NCBI RefSeq assembly: GCF_006345805.1
Contig: NC_043001.1
Span: 89,280,001-89,344,000, forward strand
Length of the DNA stretch: 64,000 nucleotides
Direction of reading: 5' to 3'
Source: Octopus sinensis
Lineage: Eukaryota
The position numbers and the translations under genes were made by a program. The notes under the pieces were generated by a model. It was given only the letters and a program-made list of their open reading frames with translations. It was not told the origin of the DNA and did not search any database. Of the stretch, positions 36,978 to 48,714 are shown piece by piece (the stretch's first letter is position 1; every line of letters starts with the position of its first letter).

Positions 36978-37133
36978 CCATGGCACAGTTTTTCTCATCA
37001 GTCATGTCTACGCAATCATGAACACCATCGCATATTTGAGATCGATGAAGACATATCACTTTGAAGGTTTTCCAAGATCGACATCTTAACTCGGGATTAC
37101 ACAGCAATATCCGTGGTGGGGTGGTGTTTATCT
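36978..37133 (-). CDS. LRP12: LRP12-like receptor, LDLa repeat 2 (phase 1/1)
   Basis: ccttctag|AG acceptor and ATG G|gtatat donor; 156 nt. INTTPPRILLCNPELRCRSWKTFKVICLHRSQICDGVHDCVDMTDEKNCAM shows the long C2-C3 spacing typical of LRP12 LDLa2. Confidence 0.93.
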
Positions 37134-39181
37134 CTAGAAGGCAGAAGGCAGAATTAACAATCAATAAAGTGACACTTGTAGCTAATGGGAGCAACTCAGC
37201 TAAGCTGTAGCAAGGTTGTGTCTACAGGAATGCTTCTACTTTAGTTGCTTCACCTGTTAATTACAGTAGCCAATGGAGAGCTTTTATGTTAATCATGTGA
37301 TGTGTTAACTAAAGCAACAGCTATTGCAAAAGCTTTCTAATAAGGTATTAGGAGCAAATGTCAGACAGTCACCTGACAAGCTAATACAGGAGCAAGAACT
37401 TCTGTCAAGCTTGAACCAGTAAGAGAACTTCTATGTAGACAGCTAAATTTTCATCAACAACTCGCTTTTCCTTAGAATGGTATATGCATGAACCATTAAA
37501 GGAACTTATCTATTTAGTCTCTTGACTTACGCAATATAATAGCTAAATCCAATTCAATAAGTTGTCTTTGGAAAGGATATCATATTTCAAGCACCAAAAA
37601 TATAGGCCAGTCCTAGCTAGAATACCAGTAAAATGCCTATTTGATTAGCTACATCTCTCACCTAGATTTTCCAAAGTAGAGTAAGTATTGATTGAGTCTC
37701 CACTACAATAACAGTCACTCACTCAAAGAGATATTCTGATAATTTTGAATAATGTGACAACATATATCAAGTCCTAATTTTTAGAAGTCCTCTTCTATAG
37801 ATGTTGCCAAGCCTGCCAATATAGAAAATTAAATCTTTATGGAGTTCGTTTTTGATGTTGCAGCATGCTTCAAACATTATTTATTTATGCCAACACAAGT
37901 TGACATGATTAAATGGGATTATGCTCATAAAAGTAAGGCTTCTTAACATGAAGCTCCAGAATTTAGAATAAAAACAAAGCATAATGTCAATCATGGAAAA
38001 TATTGGTTACTTAGTCTGTATATTCATAGAAGTATTTGAAAGTTTACAATTTTGAATTTAACTACTTTCAATTCCAGCGGGTTGGTAGAATGTGTATTAA
38101 TAATATACTGTAAACAGGTAATCAGAGCTGAACTAAATCTAGTGAGTTGAGTCATCAGTGAATTACCATGAAGTATTAAAGTTATTTTCAACATGCAAAC
38201 CAAAAATATAAGAAACACCTACTTCTTTTTACTTGGTGCATGCTCATTGAATTAGAGGCAGGAATTTAGTTTAATAAAGAAATCCTAAAAAATAATTGAT
38301 ATTCATATTATGAACCCAAGCAGATCTACATTCGTAGGGAAACAGAACCAAAAATTTTATCTAGATTTCTAAAGTTTCCTGTTTCAACTAAATGATTTTT
38401 GGAACATAGCAAGTCATGGTTTCAAAGATAACTATAAAATCTGCAGAGAAAACATTACAGACAACTGAAGTAAATAAAAGTAGGGAGAAAATGAAAATAA
38501 TATGAAAGCAAAAATAGAAAACACATAAAAAAAACTGACATAAAAATGTTTAAATAAAGCAGAATTGAGAATAGGATATATTTTTTTACTGAGTGTTTCT
38601 TTGGTTCATTATACTTCGTGTTTTGGATACAGGTGACAATAACAGGAGTATGGGCTTGGTATGGGTGACAGTAAGAGTGATCTTGGCATAAGAACTGTAA
38701 CAGGGGTGTGGTTGTAGGACATATTCCTGGTACAAGTGACTGAAAGGAGAGAGTAACCTTGGCACAGGGACAGTAACAGCAGTGTAAGCTTGGTGTATGG
38801 GGACTGTAACAGGAGCGTTGTCCTACAACAGGTAACTATAATAGGAATATGTTCATGGTACAGGGGACTATCAGCTGTAATGTTTCAAAAGAATGTTGTA
38901 ATACAGCAATGCAGAGTTACAAGAAACTGTAACAGCTTCAGTGTTACAACTATTGACTTATAACAACAATGCAGCATTACAACAGAGGGGTCTTTATGTT
39001 ATATCTTGAAAAAAGACACCATTATAAAGAATTTCTAAAGCAATAATATTTAAGAAAAATTCTGTAAATCAGGTATAGAAACCTAAAGAACATACCATAC
39101 AAGTCCCCTTTATAAGTGGAGTGACCTAGTGTCTAATCTAAATGTAACTTATTACAGTCTTTAGGTTGCCATACTACTTAC

Positions 39182-39313
39182 CTCGGCAACCTTTTTCATC
39201 ACTACCATCACCACATTCATCTTTGTTGTTACACCGCCATTTTCCTAAAATACATTTCCCATTCTGGCAACGGAATTCATCTCTGGCACACAGTCGATGT
39301 GCAGGAACATGGC
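39182..39313 (-). CDS. LRP12: LRP12-like receptor, LDLa repeat 1 (phase 1/1)
   Basis: ttatttcag|GC acceptor and G|gtaagt donor; 132 nt. [43 protein letters not shown] has six Cys and the DECGDGSDE motif. Confidence 0.95.
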
Positions 39314-41299
39314 CTGAAATAAGATCAAAGGTTAAGATAACTACCACTGACAACAAAATGGAATGTAGCATGAAATAGGAAGAACAAGTGTGGGAATAGT
39401 CCTCACTAGCAACAAGTTAGAATATGGCCCCTAATAAAGTCAAGATTGGTTCTATGTTTTTAATTTGTTCTTTTTTTTAATTAGCTTTCAATATATTTTT
39501 CCTTCTTGAATTATATAAATCTGTATCAGTGTGTGTGTGGATACATGAATGTATACACACACATATACACAAAACAGAGAAGTCAGCTCTCCACACCATT
39601 TCTCCAAAGATTTCCTGCAGATGAGATCCTAACCCTAACCTAGAAATACTGAAATACAAGGTAAAAGTACAAACCATTGATTTGTATTATTTCTTACAAC
39701 TTGCATTGTTTTGGCTTAAAACAATATTAAAAACATTCATGTATATATACATGCATTCCTACATAAATATTTCAATATTTCAAAGTTAGGACCTCTTCTG
39801 CAGAAAATCTTAGGAGATCTGACTTCTCTGTTCTGTGAATATGTATATGCATGTGTGTGTGTCTATATATACACACACACACACACACACACATGTATGT
39901 ACATAGATATTTATATATGTATGTATGTCATTATTCATTTGTATTCCAAGATTTTTTGCCAATAGAGAAAGAGCTGGTTTTAGAATTTCAGCACCAGCAA
40001 GGTGTGTGTGTGTGCACGTGTGCATGCATGAATACATGTATATGTGAAGATGCGTGTTTTGTTTTATGTATGTATTCTCATGCATATAGTTGCATGTCTA
40101 GACGTGCTCATATATACTTAAATGATAAACTTCTGGAAAGTTTTATGTACATACGTATGTACGTACATATATACATACATATGTACAAGGTGTATTCTAA
40201 GAGGTTTGGAACTTTTTGGGGAGAGGTAGTAACTGTCCTAGACTACTATAATTTTAGTATGTCATTATTATGCAGCTAATAAGCTGACCTGCCAGCTTTT
40301 TAATATTTTTATTTTTTATTCCAGAGACAGTAATAACAGCACTTTGAACACACCCTATCAAACACTGCTTATAACAGCTAACTAGTTTACTGAATGCAAT
40401 CAGGATGTGAAGACAATTTGGAAACTCACTATGCAATAAAGTTTTGAGTTAAACTGAGGGAAAAAATGCTCCAGATTGCTCATAGATTAAGTTGTATAAG
40501 CCAAACATCTGTTTCCTGCAGGCACAAGAGGTTCAAGAACAGTAGAGACAAAGTGGGAATCAATGATAGGCATGGGAGATACAATGTTTGTAAGTTTTGA
40601 TAGAGTCATTTGCTGCAGGAAATCAGGAAATATAGCAACTAATGTTTTGGAACAGTCCATTCATCTGACAAGCAGCTAAACTCAAGAACCTCACAACATA
40701 TGTTTTGGCTGACACAGATTGCCATTGAATTTCTTTCAGCTAAGGTTGCTGTTTTTTGTTTTCTTTGTTTTTTTTACCTTTAAGTACAGGTACAATTGCT
40801 TTGAGATTAAAAATACTGGCCTGTTAACTACATGAGCACAAGTTCGAAATTATTCTACAAACATTATGATGTGCTCTTTCTTACAACAAACAAAATAGAA
40901 ATGGTTTCTAGTTCTCTGAGGGCTTTTAAGGACCAGCACTTAGTTCTGGCCATTATCATTGTTAAGTCCCAGATCAGCTGATCAACAAGAGCTATGATCA
41001 AAGATATTCCAGCCATGACTATCCCATTTGTTTTCAAGCATAATGTAGTCCAGACTATGGGTTGAATATCTTGGCTCATAGGTTTGCTCATTCAAAACAC
41101 ACCAGGGAACAATAACTAAATATTCTTTTCTAATCTAGGCACAGGGCCCGAAATTTTGGGGGAGAGGGCCAGTCAATTAGGTCGACCCCAGTATGCAACT
41201 GGTACTTAATTTATCGACCCCAAAAGGATGAAAGGCAAAGTCAATTTCGGCGGAATATGAACTCAGAACATAAAGACAGACAAAATACCTGACGAAATT

Positions 41300-42269
41300 G
41301 CTACATATGATTTTTGAACATGGGATAAAAATGTCCCAAATAGTATTATAATGAACAAATACTTGGGACTATCCTAACAGTTTTTCACATGCATGTTGAG
41401 CAAGTTCAGAAAATTACGGAAATAAAAATCAAATAAATCTTACAGTTTATTTCAAATGCAAAATGAAGCTATAATTGCTTTCTCATAGAATATTTATTAT
41501 AAATTACAATTATTTTTTCGAATAACACTTATAAAATAATATATATAATGACCCCTTCCAAATAATACTTATGAAATAATAAATAAACTTCTTTCCTCAT
41601 GTTTTTTTTTCTCTTATATCATACTAACTGATGAATATATTCCTTTTCTCAAATAATATTTACAAGAACACTGTGATATACTGTAAAACATCCATCAATG
41701 CATAAAGGAATGATGCATTTCTGACAAATGTGTTGGGTCCTCTTTTTGTTGTTCCTCGAAGCACATCTTGTACATCTTCTGCTACCCTCTTGTTTTACTG
41801 GCATATGATCACCTACATTGGAAATCAACTTTGAAGTCTTAGAAGGCCATCTGAAAGATCTAATTTTCTTTTGTGGAAAATTCGACCTTCCTGTCTCAAT
41901 CAAACGTTCAGCTACATTTACTAAGAAATTTATAAATGGTGGTTTCATATGGTGAACTTCAGAGTAAATAACATAGCTGTTATAAACAGCTGTCATCGGA
42001 CATCTGAAGAATACTTTAGTCCACCATTTTCTACTTTTTTGATCCAGTTCATACAGTGTTACCATTTGATCAGAGTGATCTACTCCACCTATATATTTGT
42101 TATAAAAGATAATCACTTCTCGACAAGTGAACTCTTTTTATTTTTCCATCCTACTCCTTACACTATAACCGTGATTTGTCCCATCCTAAGCCATTTTAAT
42201 TGAAGAAAATTCACTTTACTATTAAAAAACTTTTCTTGGGATACATGAGTCCCATTAGGAGCGAAGGGG
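41300..42269 (-). mobile_element. Internally deleted piggyBac element retaining the transposase C-terminus
   Basis: TTAA (42270-42273) followed by terminal CCCCTTCGC on minus. ORF 41649-42116 has YNKYIGGVDHSDQ...KWWTKVFF and the Cys-rich domain RRCTRC...TQHICQKCIIPLCIDGCFTVYH. The other terminus was not found. Confidence 0.85.
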
Positions 42270-42667
42270 TTAAAGCAACTTTGTTTCCCCAACATACTTA
42301 ATATCTTTCTTAAAGTGCCTCAATTGTGCACAGGCTTGGCCCAGTGGTTAACAAATACACTTGGCAACTACATGGCTCTGAGTTCAGTCCCACTATGCAA
42401 AAACTTGAGCAAATATCTTCTGCTATAGCCCAGGGCCAACCTAAGCCTTGTGAGAGGATTTGGTAGACAGAAATTGATAGGACTTAGTCTTCTTTGTGTG
42501 ATCATGTTCCTGTCTCCTTGTCTTAGCATCATGCACCAGTTGTAAATGAGAATCACTATCACAGAAGCAATGTTGGTCATTTACAATCTTCTGTGAAATT
42601 ATGCCCAGCCATTGTATTGTTCATGATTGAACTTGCATGGTTAATTTGCACACAATTGCAAATATTA

Positions 42668-43557
42668 TAGGTGGTATGATCAATAAGTATCCAGATTGTT
42701 GCCATAGTAATGAAGCTGAAGCACGCAGAGTGAAACCGCTTGGCACAGATTGACCTTGAACGCTGTTGTGCATGCGCACTAAGTTTTAACATTCTAGTTC
42801 ACTTCCACTGTTTACAGCTTGGAAGGAAGGTGTGTAGTGTGTGATTGTTATATTGACCATGACAGAGAAAGTTGAGCAGAGAATCTGCATCAAATTTTGC
42901 CAAAAGCTTGGCAATACCTGCTCAGTGCCCTACACATAGTTTTCAAAATGTTTTCATTGTTCTTGACACAATCAAAAAGATCTTGTGCAGCTGAAACCCA
43001 AGTGTCTTTTTGGTAAGCTGAAAGCAGTTTTGGCACAAACTTGGTAGACATGCATCTCATATTCAAATCTTCAATGATAATAGACTGAACTGAACTGTAA
43101 CTAATCTGCACATCCTCTGATAACTCACAGGTAGTGATTCAACGATTTTCCCCTCATAGCAGCATGCACATTTGCATTGTTTTTCTCAGTTCTGCTGGTT
43201 GTGGGTCTCCCAGAACATTCATCAATATTGACATTTTTTCGGCCATCTTGAAAATGTATGAACCACTCATACACTTATGTGTGACTCATACACTCCTCAC
43301 CATACACTTTCTGCAACTTTACATAGGCCTCTGAGCAGGTATCACCATGACAACTTTCTGTCATGGTCAATGCAGCAATCACACACTACACACCTTCCTT
43401 CCAAGAACTGCTGTAAACAGAAGTAAACTAGAATGTTAAAACTTAGTGCACATGCACAGCAGAGTTTAAGGTCAATCAGTGCCAAGCAGCTTCACTCTGC
43501 ATGCTTTAGCTTCATTACTATGGCAACAGTTTGGATACTTATTGATCAGACCTCATA
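42668..43557. mobile_element. Mariner foldback element made of two transposase 5' ends in inverted orientation
   Basis: About 220-bp inverted arms beginning ...TGATCAATAAGTATCC. The plus arm starts MTEKVEQRICIKFCQKLG. The minus arm encodes EAYVKLQKVYGEECMSH...VYEWF..FQDGR...SGRP...KFVPKLL with stops and frameshifts. Confidence 0.85.
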
Positions 43558-43607
43558 TAATTGCAATTATATTATATAATTTCATCTTCCTACATTATTC
43601 AGTTTAA

Positions 43608-43826
43608 CCCTTTGGTATTAAGATTTCTCAGTCAAATGTAATATCATTTATTCACATTGTTTAGAATTAGTCATGCATTATCGCAGACCTTCAATACTTC
43701 GATAATGTAATAGTTTATTTTTAGAATGACATTGTAGTGTAGGTGTGGAAAACTGGATCTAGCTGGTGAGAACATAAAACAAATAGAACATTTGAGCAGG
43801 ATATAGCTACTTTAAGTGCTAATGGG
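43608..43826. mobile_element. piggyBac-type MITE
   Basis: TTAA|CCCTTTGG...TAATGGG|TTAG; body homologous to 8077-8296. Confidence 0.75.
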
Positions 43827-44032
43827 TTAGATCATGCTGAAGTTGGCTTAGTTATTTGATCTGTTCCAATAGACAAAATAACCAATTGAGTATTGAATTC
43901 AATTTTACTCTTGTAAAAGAAAAGGTGTATCAGACTCTTTTGACTCCATGGTGTATACGCCAGTATAAAGGATAAAGGTGTACCAATTTGATGTTATAGA
44001 AAGGCAAATAGAAAGACAAAAATATACCATAC

Positions 44033-44232
44033 CTGTGATATACTCCAATACAAAGCCATATCCTGGTCGCCAAGTACCATTAATAACATATCGTACAATC
44101 ACGTGGTCCCTTTGAGATATGTAAGTGTTTGCTCCATTCCCACAGAATCTCTTGTGTGGTAATGGGTCAAATTCTAGGTAAGCATTTTCACACGGCTCAT
44201 TTTTACTGGAACTGGTATTCAGATATAATAAA
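44033..44232 (-). CDS. LRP12: LRP12-like receptor, C-terminal half of CUB domain (phase 2/1)
   Basis: ttttgcacttccag|T acceptor and ACA G|gtatgg donor; 200 nt. LLYLNTSSSKNEPCENAYLEFDPLPHKRFCGNGANTYISQRDHVIVRYVINGTWRPGYGFVLEYIT resembles LRP12 CUB1 (YISSQDHIWIRF...GFRLAYFSG). Confidence 0.92.
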
Positions 44233-44639
44233 CTGGAAGTGCAAAAAGTTGAGAAATATTTCAAAATTCAGTTGATAAATAAATATAAATAAAAAGGAAC
44301 CAGAAGAAACACATTAACAAGATTACATAAAAATGTACAATATGCTCCAGAAGAGAAGCAAATTTTTATGATCTACATTTGATGAATTTAATTACAAACT
44401 TATTTTAACTGCTCAACCATATATCTTGACTTACCAACTATATTCTTAACAGACACAGCTGTGGCTGTGTGTAAGAAGCTTACTTCTTCTCAACTATGTG
44501 GTTCTGGGTTCAGTCCCACTTCATGGCACCTTGGGCAAGTGACATCTACTTTAGCCTCAGGATGACCAAAACCTTGTGAGTGTATTTACTAGATGGAAAC
44601 TGAAAGAAGTCTGTCATGTGTATTCATGTGTGTGTATGT

Positions 44640-44844
44640 ATGAAGTCAGAACGCCATGATGGATCATTAGTTCCTACACGCATTTTTTTCTTTCCTTGTT
44701 TCTTTTCTGTGTATCTTTCTGGCAAAGAGCGTAGGCTCGAAACGTAAAAGACTTGTTCTATTTCTATTCTTGAGCGCCATACTGATACATTTGTTTGTTT
44801 GTACACCACCTGCCTTCGTCTTTTGTTTATTTTCGTAAACCTTC

Positions 44845-44847
<3 letters not shown>
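44640..44847 (+). mobile_element. Penelope-type terminal fragment with degenerate hammerhead (44714-44751) abutting a (TA)n tract
   Basis: TCTTT CTGGCAA A GAGC gtag GCTC GAA ACGT A AAAGA; stems I and II pair perfectly. Same family as 26900-27065. Confidence 0.7.
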
Positions 44848-44892
<45 letters not shown>

Positions 44893-45943
44893 TTTAATAT
44901 ATATATACACATTATATATATACATATATATATATATACATTTATATATATATATACATTTATATATATATACACATTTATATATATATACACATTTATA
45001 TATATATACATATATATAAATATATATACATTTATATATATATACACATATATATATATAAATATATATAATTTATATATATATACACATTTATATATAA
45101 TACATATATATATATATAAATATATATACATTTATATATATATACACATAATATATATAATATATATACATTTATATATATATACACATTTATATATATA
45201 AATATATATACATTTATATATCTACACATTTATATATATATATACCATATAATATATAAACATTTATATATATATACATATTAATACACATTTATATATA
45301 TATACAATATATATATCACATTTATATATATATATATACATATATATATATAAACATTTATATATATTATACATATATATATAAACATTTATATATATAT
45401 ATACATATATATATATAACATTTATATATATATACATTTATATATATATAAACATTTATATATATAAACATTTATATATATATAAATATATATATAAACA
45501 TTTATATATATATAACATATATATATAAACATTTATAATATATACATATATATATAAAACCTTTATATATAATACATATATATATAAACATTTATATATA
45601 TATAAACATATATATATATATATATATAAACATTTAATATATATACATATATATATATAAAAACATTTATATATCTATACATATATATATAAACATATAT
45701 ATATAAACATATATATATATAACATATATATATATATATAAACTTTATATATATACATATATATAAACATATAATATATATATACATATATTATATATAA
45801 ACATTTATATATATACATATATATATATATACATACTATATATTAATACTACATATATATATATACATACATATATATATATACATACATATAAATATAT
45901 ACATATATCTATCATACATTATATAACAGATATATATACATAC

Positions 45944-45976
<33 letters not shown>

Positions 45977-46042
45977 CATATATACATATATATATATACA
46001 TATATATATACATACATATATATACATATATATATACATACA
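44847..46042. repeat. About 1.2 kb compound (TA)n / ATATATACATTT low-complexity satellite
   Basis: Directly visible; the ORFs called here are repeat artefacts. Confidence 0.95.
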
Positions 46043-46422
46043 TCTCTCTCTATATAAACGGCAGTTTGTCTGTGCGTTTTCTGTGTGTCGTTTTCTCGTA
46101 CCCTCACTCTGACCACGGCTTTCAACCGATTCTGATGAAACTTGAAACCACATAGCCCAATGTCATAATTCAAAAACAAACGCAGCGAAAATTTTGAAAA
46201 GTTCCCCAGTTCTGAAAAAATCGATAAATTCGACATGGGGTCGAGAATCAGAAACCCAAACCACAGACCGTTCTAGGGGGCGCAACTCCACCTTTTTTAA
46301 CTCTCAAAAAAAATTTACCATCATTTTTTTTTCCATTTTATGCTATTTTTTAGCTATAACTCTCTAAAATGCTTTATAGTATTTCCCTTACAAACCTGAG
46401 CAACGCCGGGCGATAACGCTAG
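46043..46422 (+). mobile_element. Non-autonomous Helitron-like element
   Basis: Starts A|TC, ends CTAG|T, with a subterminal hairpin CCTGAGCAACGCCGGG about 12 nt before CTAG. A related partial body lies at 26481-26750. Confidence 0.65.
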
Positions 46423-46454
46423 TATATATATATACATATATATATATACATACT

Positions 46455-47045
46455 CTACTCTTTACTCTTTTACTTGTTTCAGCCATCGGCTGAGGCCATG
46501 CTGGGGCACCGCCCTTGTTGCTACCCTCTCTAAGTCCAGTTTGCCGTGGTTGGCCACTGATCTAAGAGAGAGTTTGTAGTGCTGCCCTTAGGTACCTTCG
46601 TACCTTGCAGGGGTTCATCGGGGATCCCGGAAAGCAGCTTGTCTAGATGTTTTTTGAAAAGTCCACATCCGCATCATGTAGATCTCTTAGTTTTCTTGGC
46701 AGTTTGTTGAACAGCTGAGGGCCTGAACCCCAGGCTATTACAGTATCTGCTCCTTACCCTGGATGTGGAAGACGGGACCTTTGGCACCACACAGTGACGT
46801 CTGTACGGGGGATGGAACAGCTCTCATCCAAAATTTGGTGCTAGTCCCTCCAGGATTTTCCATATGTATATCACTGCATATCTCTCTCTCTCGTTCCAAG
46901 GAGTACAAATTGAGTTCCCTAAGCCTCTCCCAATAGTTCTTTCTTTCATGGTGGAAATCCTCTTGGTGAAATGTTTTGGATTGTCTCAAGCTCTGTGGTT
47001 AGTTTGACACTATGCGGTGACCACAGTTGGGAGCATTAGTCAGGC
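46455..47045 (-). mobile_element. CR1/L2-like LINE 3' fragment, same family, truncated by the gap
   Basis: KNYWERLRELNLYSLERERE..., FKKHLDKLLSGIPDEP; 3' tail ends CTGAAACAAG(TAAAAGAG)n. Confidence 0.75.
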
Positions 47046-47145
47046 NNNNNNNNNNNNNNNNNNNNNNNNNNNNNNNNNNNNNNNNNNNNNNNNNNNNNNN
47101 NNNNNNNNNNNNNNNNNNNNNNNNNNNNNNNNNNNNNNNNNNNNN
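47046..47145. other. Assembly gap (100 N, true size unknown)
   Basis: Run of exactly 100 n. Confidence 1.
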
Positions 47146-47695
47146 AAAATCCCCTTCTTCAGTCGCTAAGATTTCATCTACTAAACGTTTCGAAGGATAA
47201 AAGCAAGACGTATACTTCGAAGAAAAATTCCTTCCCGCGAAAGCAAATCAATTAAAATTCTGAGATCTTTTCGCAGAGGGGTAAAAAAAGCAGACGGTAA
47301 CGACAGTACAAACATATAAACAGTAAAAATATATATATAAACAGTGGAAAAATACATATATAACAGTGAGAGACAGGACAAGGAGACCAGATAAGAAGGG
47401 CTGTTAACGCAGATGAAAAAAGTATTGCAAACGCTAGATTATCGTGGACGACGAGAGAGGAAAATTTTGCGACCAGAGCCTTACAAGGCGGGCGAGAAAA
47501 GACAGGATAGCAGTTACGACGGAAGTATCGTCGCAGATGGACGACGGGAATGGGGGAGGAGGAGCAAGAGGAAGAGAGAGAAGAAGGGGAATGGTGCGAG
47601 GAGACCATGAAGAATGGTGAAAGGGAGAGAGAGAATGAAGAATGAGAGAGAGAGGAAGAGACAAGTTAAGTGAGGGAAAAAAAGACGAAAAAGGG
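47146..47695 (-). mobile_element. Probable Penelope-derived segment between the gap and a (TA)n tract, with hammerhead half-motifs at its end
   Basis: Pyrimidine-rich body on minus, then CCTTCGAAACGTT (about 47196-47185) and CTGAAGA A GGGGA (47162-47150), truncated by Ns. Confidence 0.45.
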
Positions 47696-47979
47696 AATAT
47701 ATATATATACATATATATATAAATATATACATATATATATAAATATATACATATATATATGTATATATATACATATATATATAAATATATACATATACAT
47801 ATATACATATACATATATATATATACACATATATATATATACATATATATATACATATATATATACATAAATATATATATAAATATATATATACATATAT
47901 ATATACATAAATATATATATACATATATATATCAATATATACATACATATACATATATATACATACATACACACACACC

Positions 47980-48017
<38 letters not shown>

Positions 48018-48294
48018 ATTAATAATATCAGGGTAATAAAGATTTTAGAAATTTTTACTACCAGTGACCTAGCATATAAAAAAATTAGTCATAGACTAGA
48101 TATTATTCATATAAAATACAGTGTAATGTACACTGTATTTTTAATTATATATATATATCATCATCATCATCATCATCATCACGTTTAATATATATATATA
48201 TATATATCTAATATTATATACATATATATATATACATATATATATATACATATATATATATAATACATATATATATATATACATATATATATAC

Positions 48295-48325
<31 letters not shown>

Positions 48326-48384
48326 CCTTATATATATACATATATATATATATACATATATCTATATACAATATATATATATAC

Positions 48385-48415
<31 letters not shown>

Positions 48416-48533
48416 CATATATATATATACATATATATATTATCATATATATATATACATATATATATTATACATATATATATATACATATATATATATA
48501 CATATATATTATACATATATATCTATATACATC

Positions 48534-48564
<31 letters not shown>

Positions 48565-48647
48565 CATACATATATATATATACATACATATATATATATA
48601 CATACATACATATATATATATACATACATAGATATATATATACATAC

Positions 48648-48682
<35 letters not shown>

Positions 48683-48714
48683 ATACTACTATATATATAT
48701 ACATATATATATAC
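47696..48714. repeat. About 1 kb compound (TA)n/(TATACA)n satellite with an embedded non-repeat fragment at 48017-48145
   Basis: Directly visible. Confidence 0.95.

Noticed and set aside
40864-41091. 75-aa minus-strand ORF between CUB and LDLa1 exons
   Set aside because: No domain similarity, and the flanking exons already join in frame.
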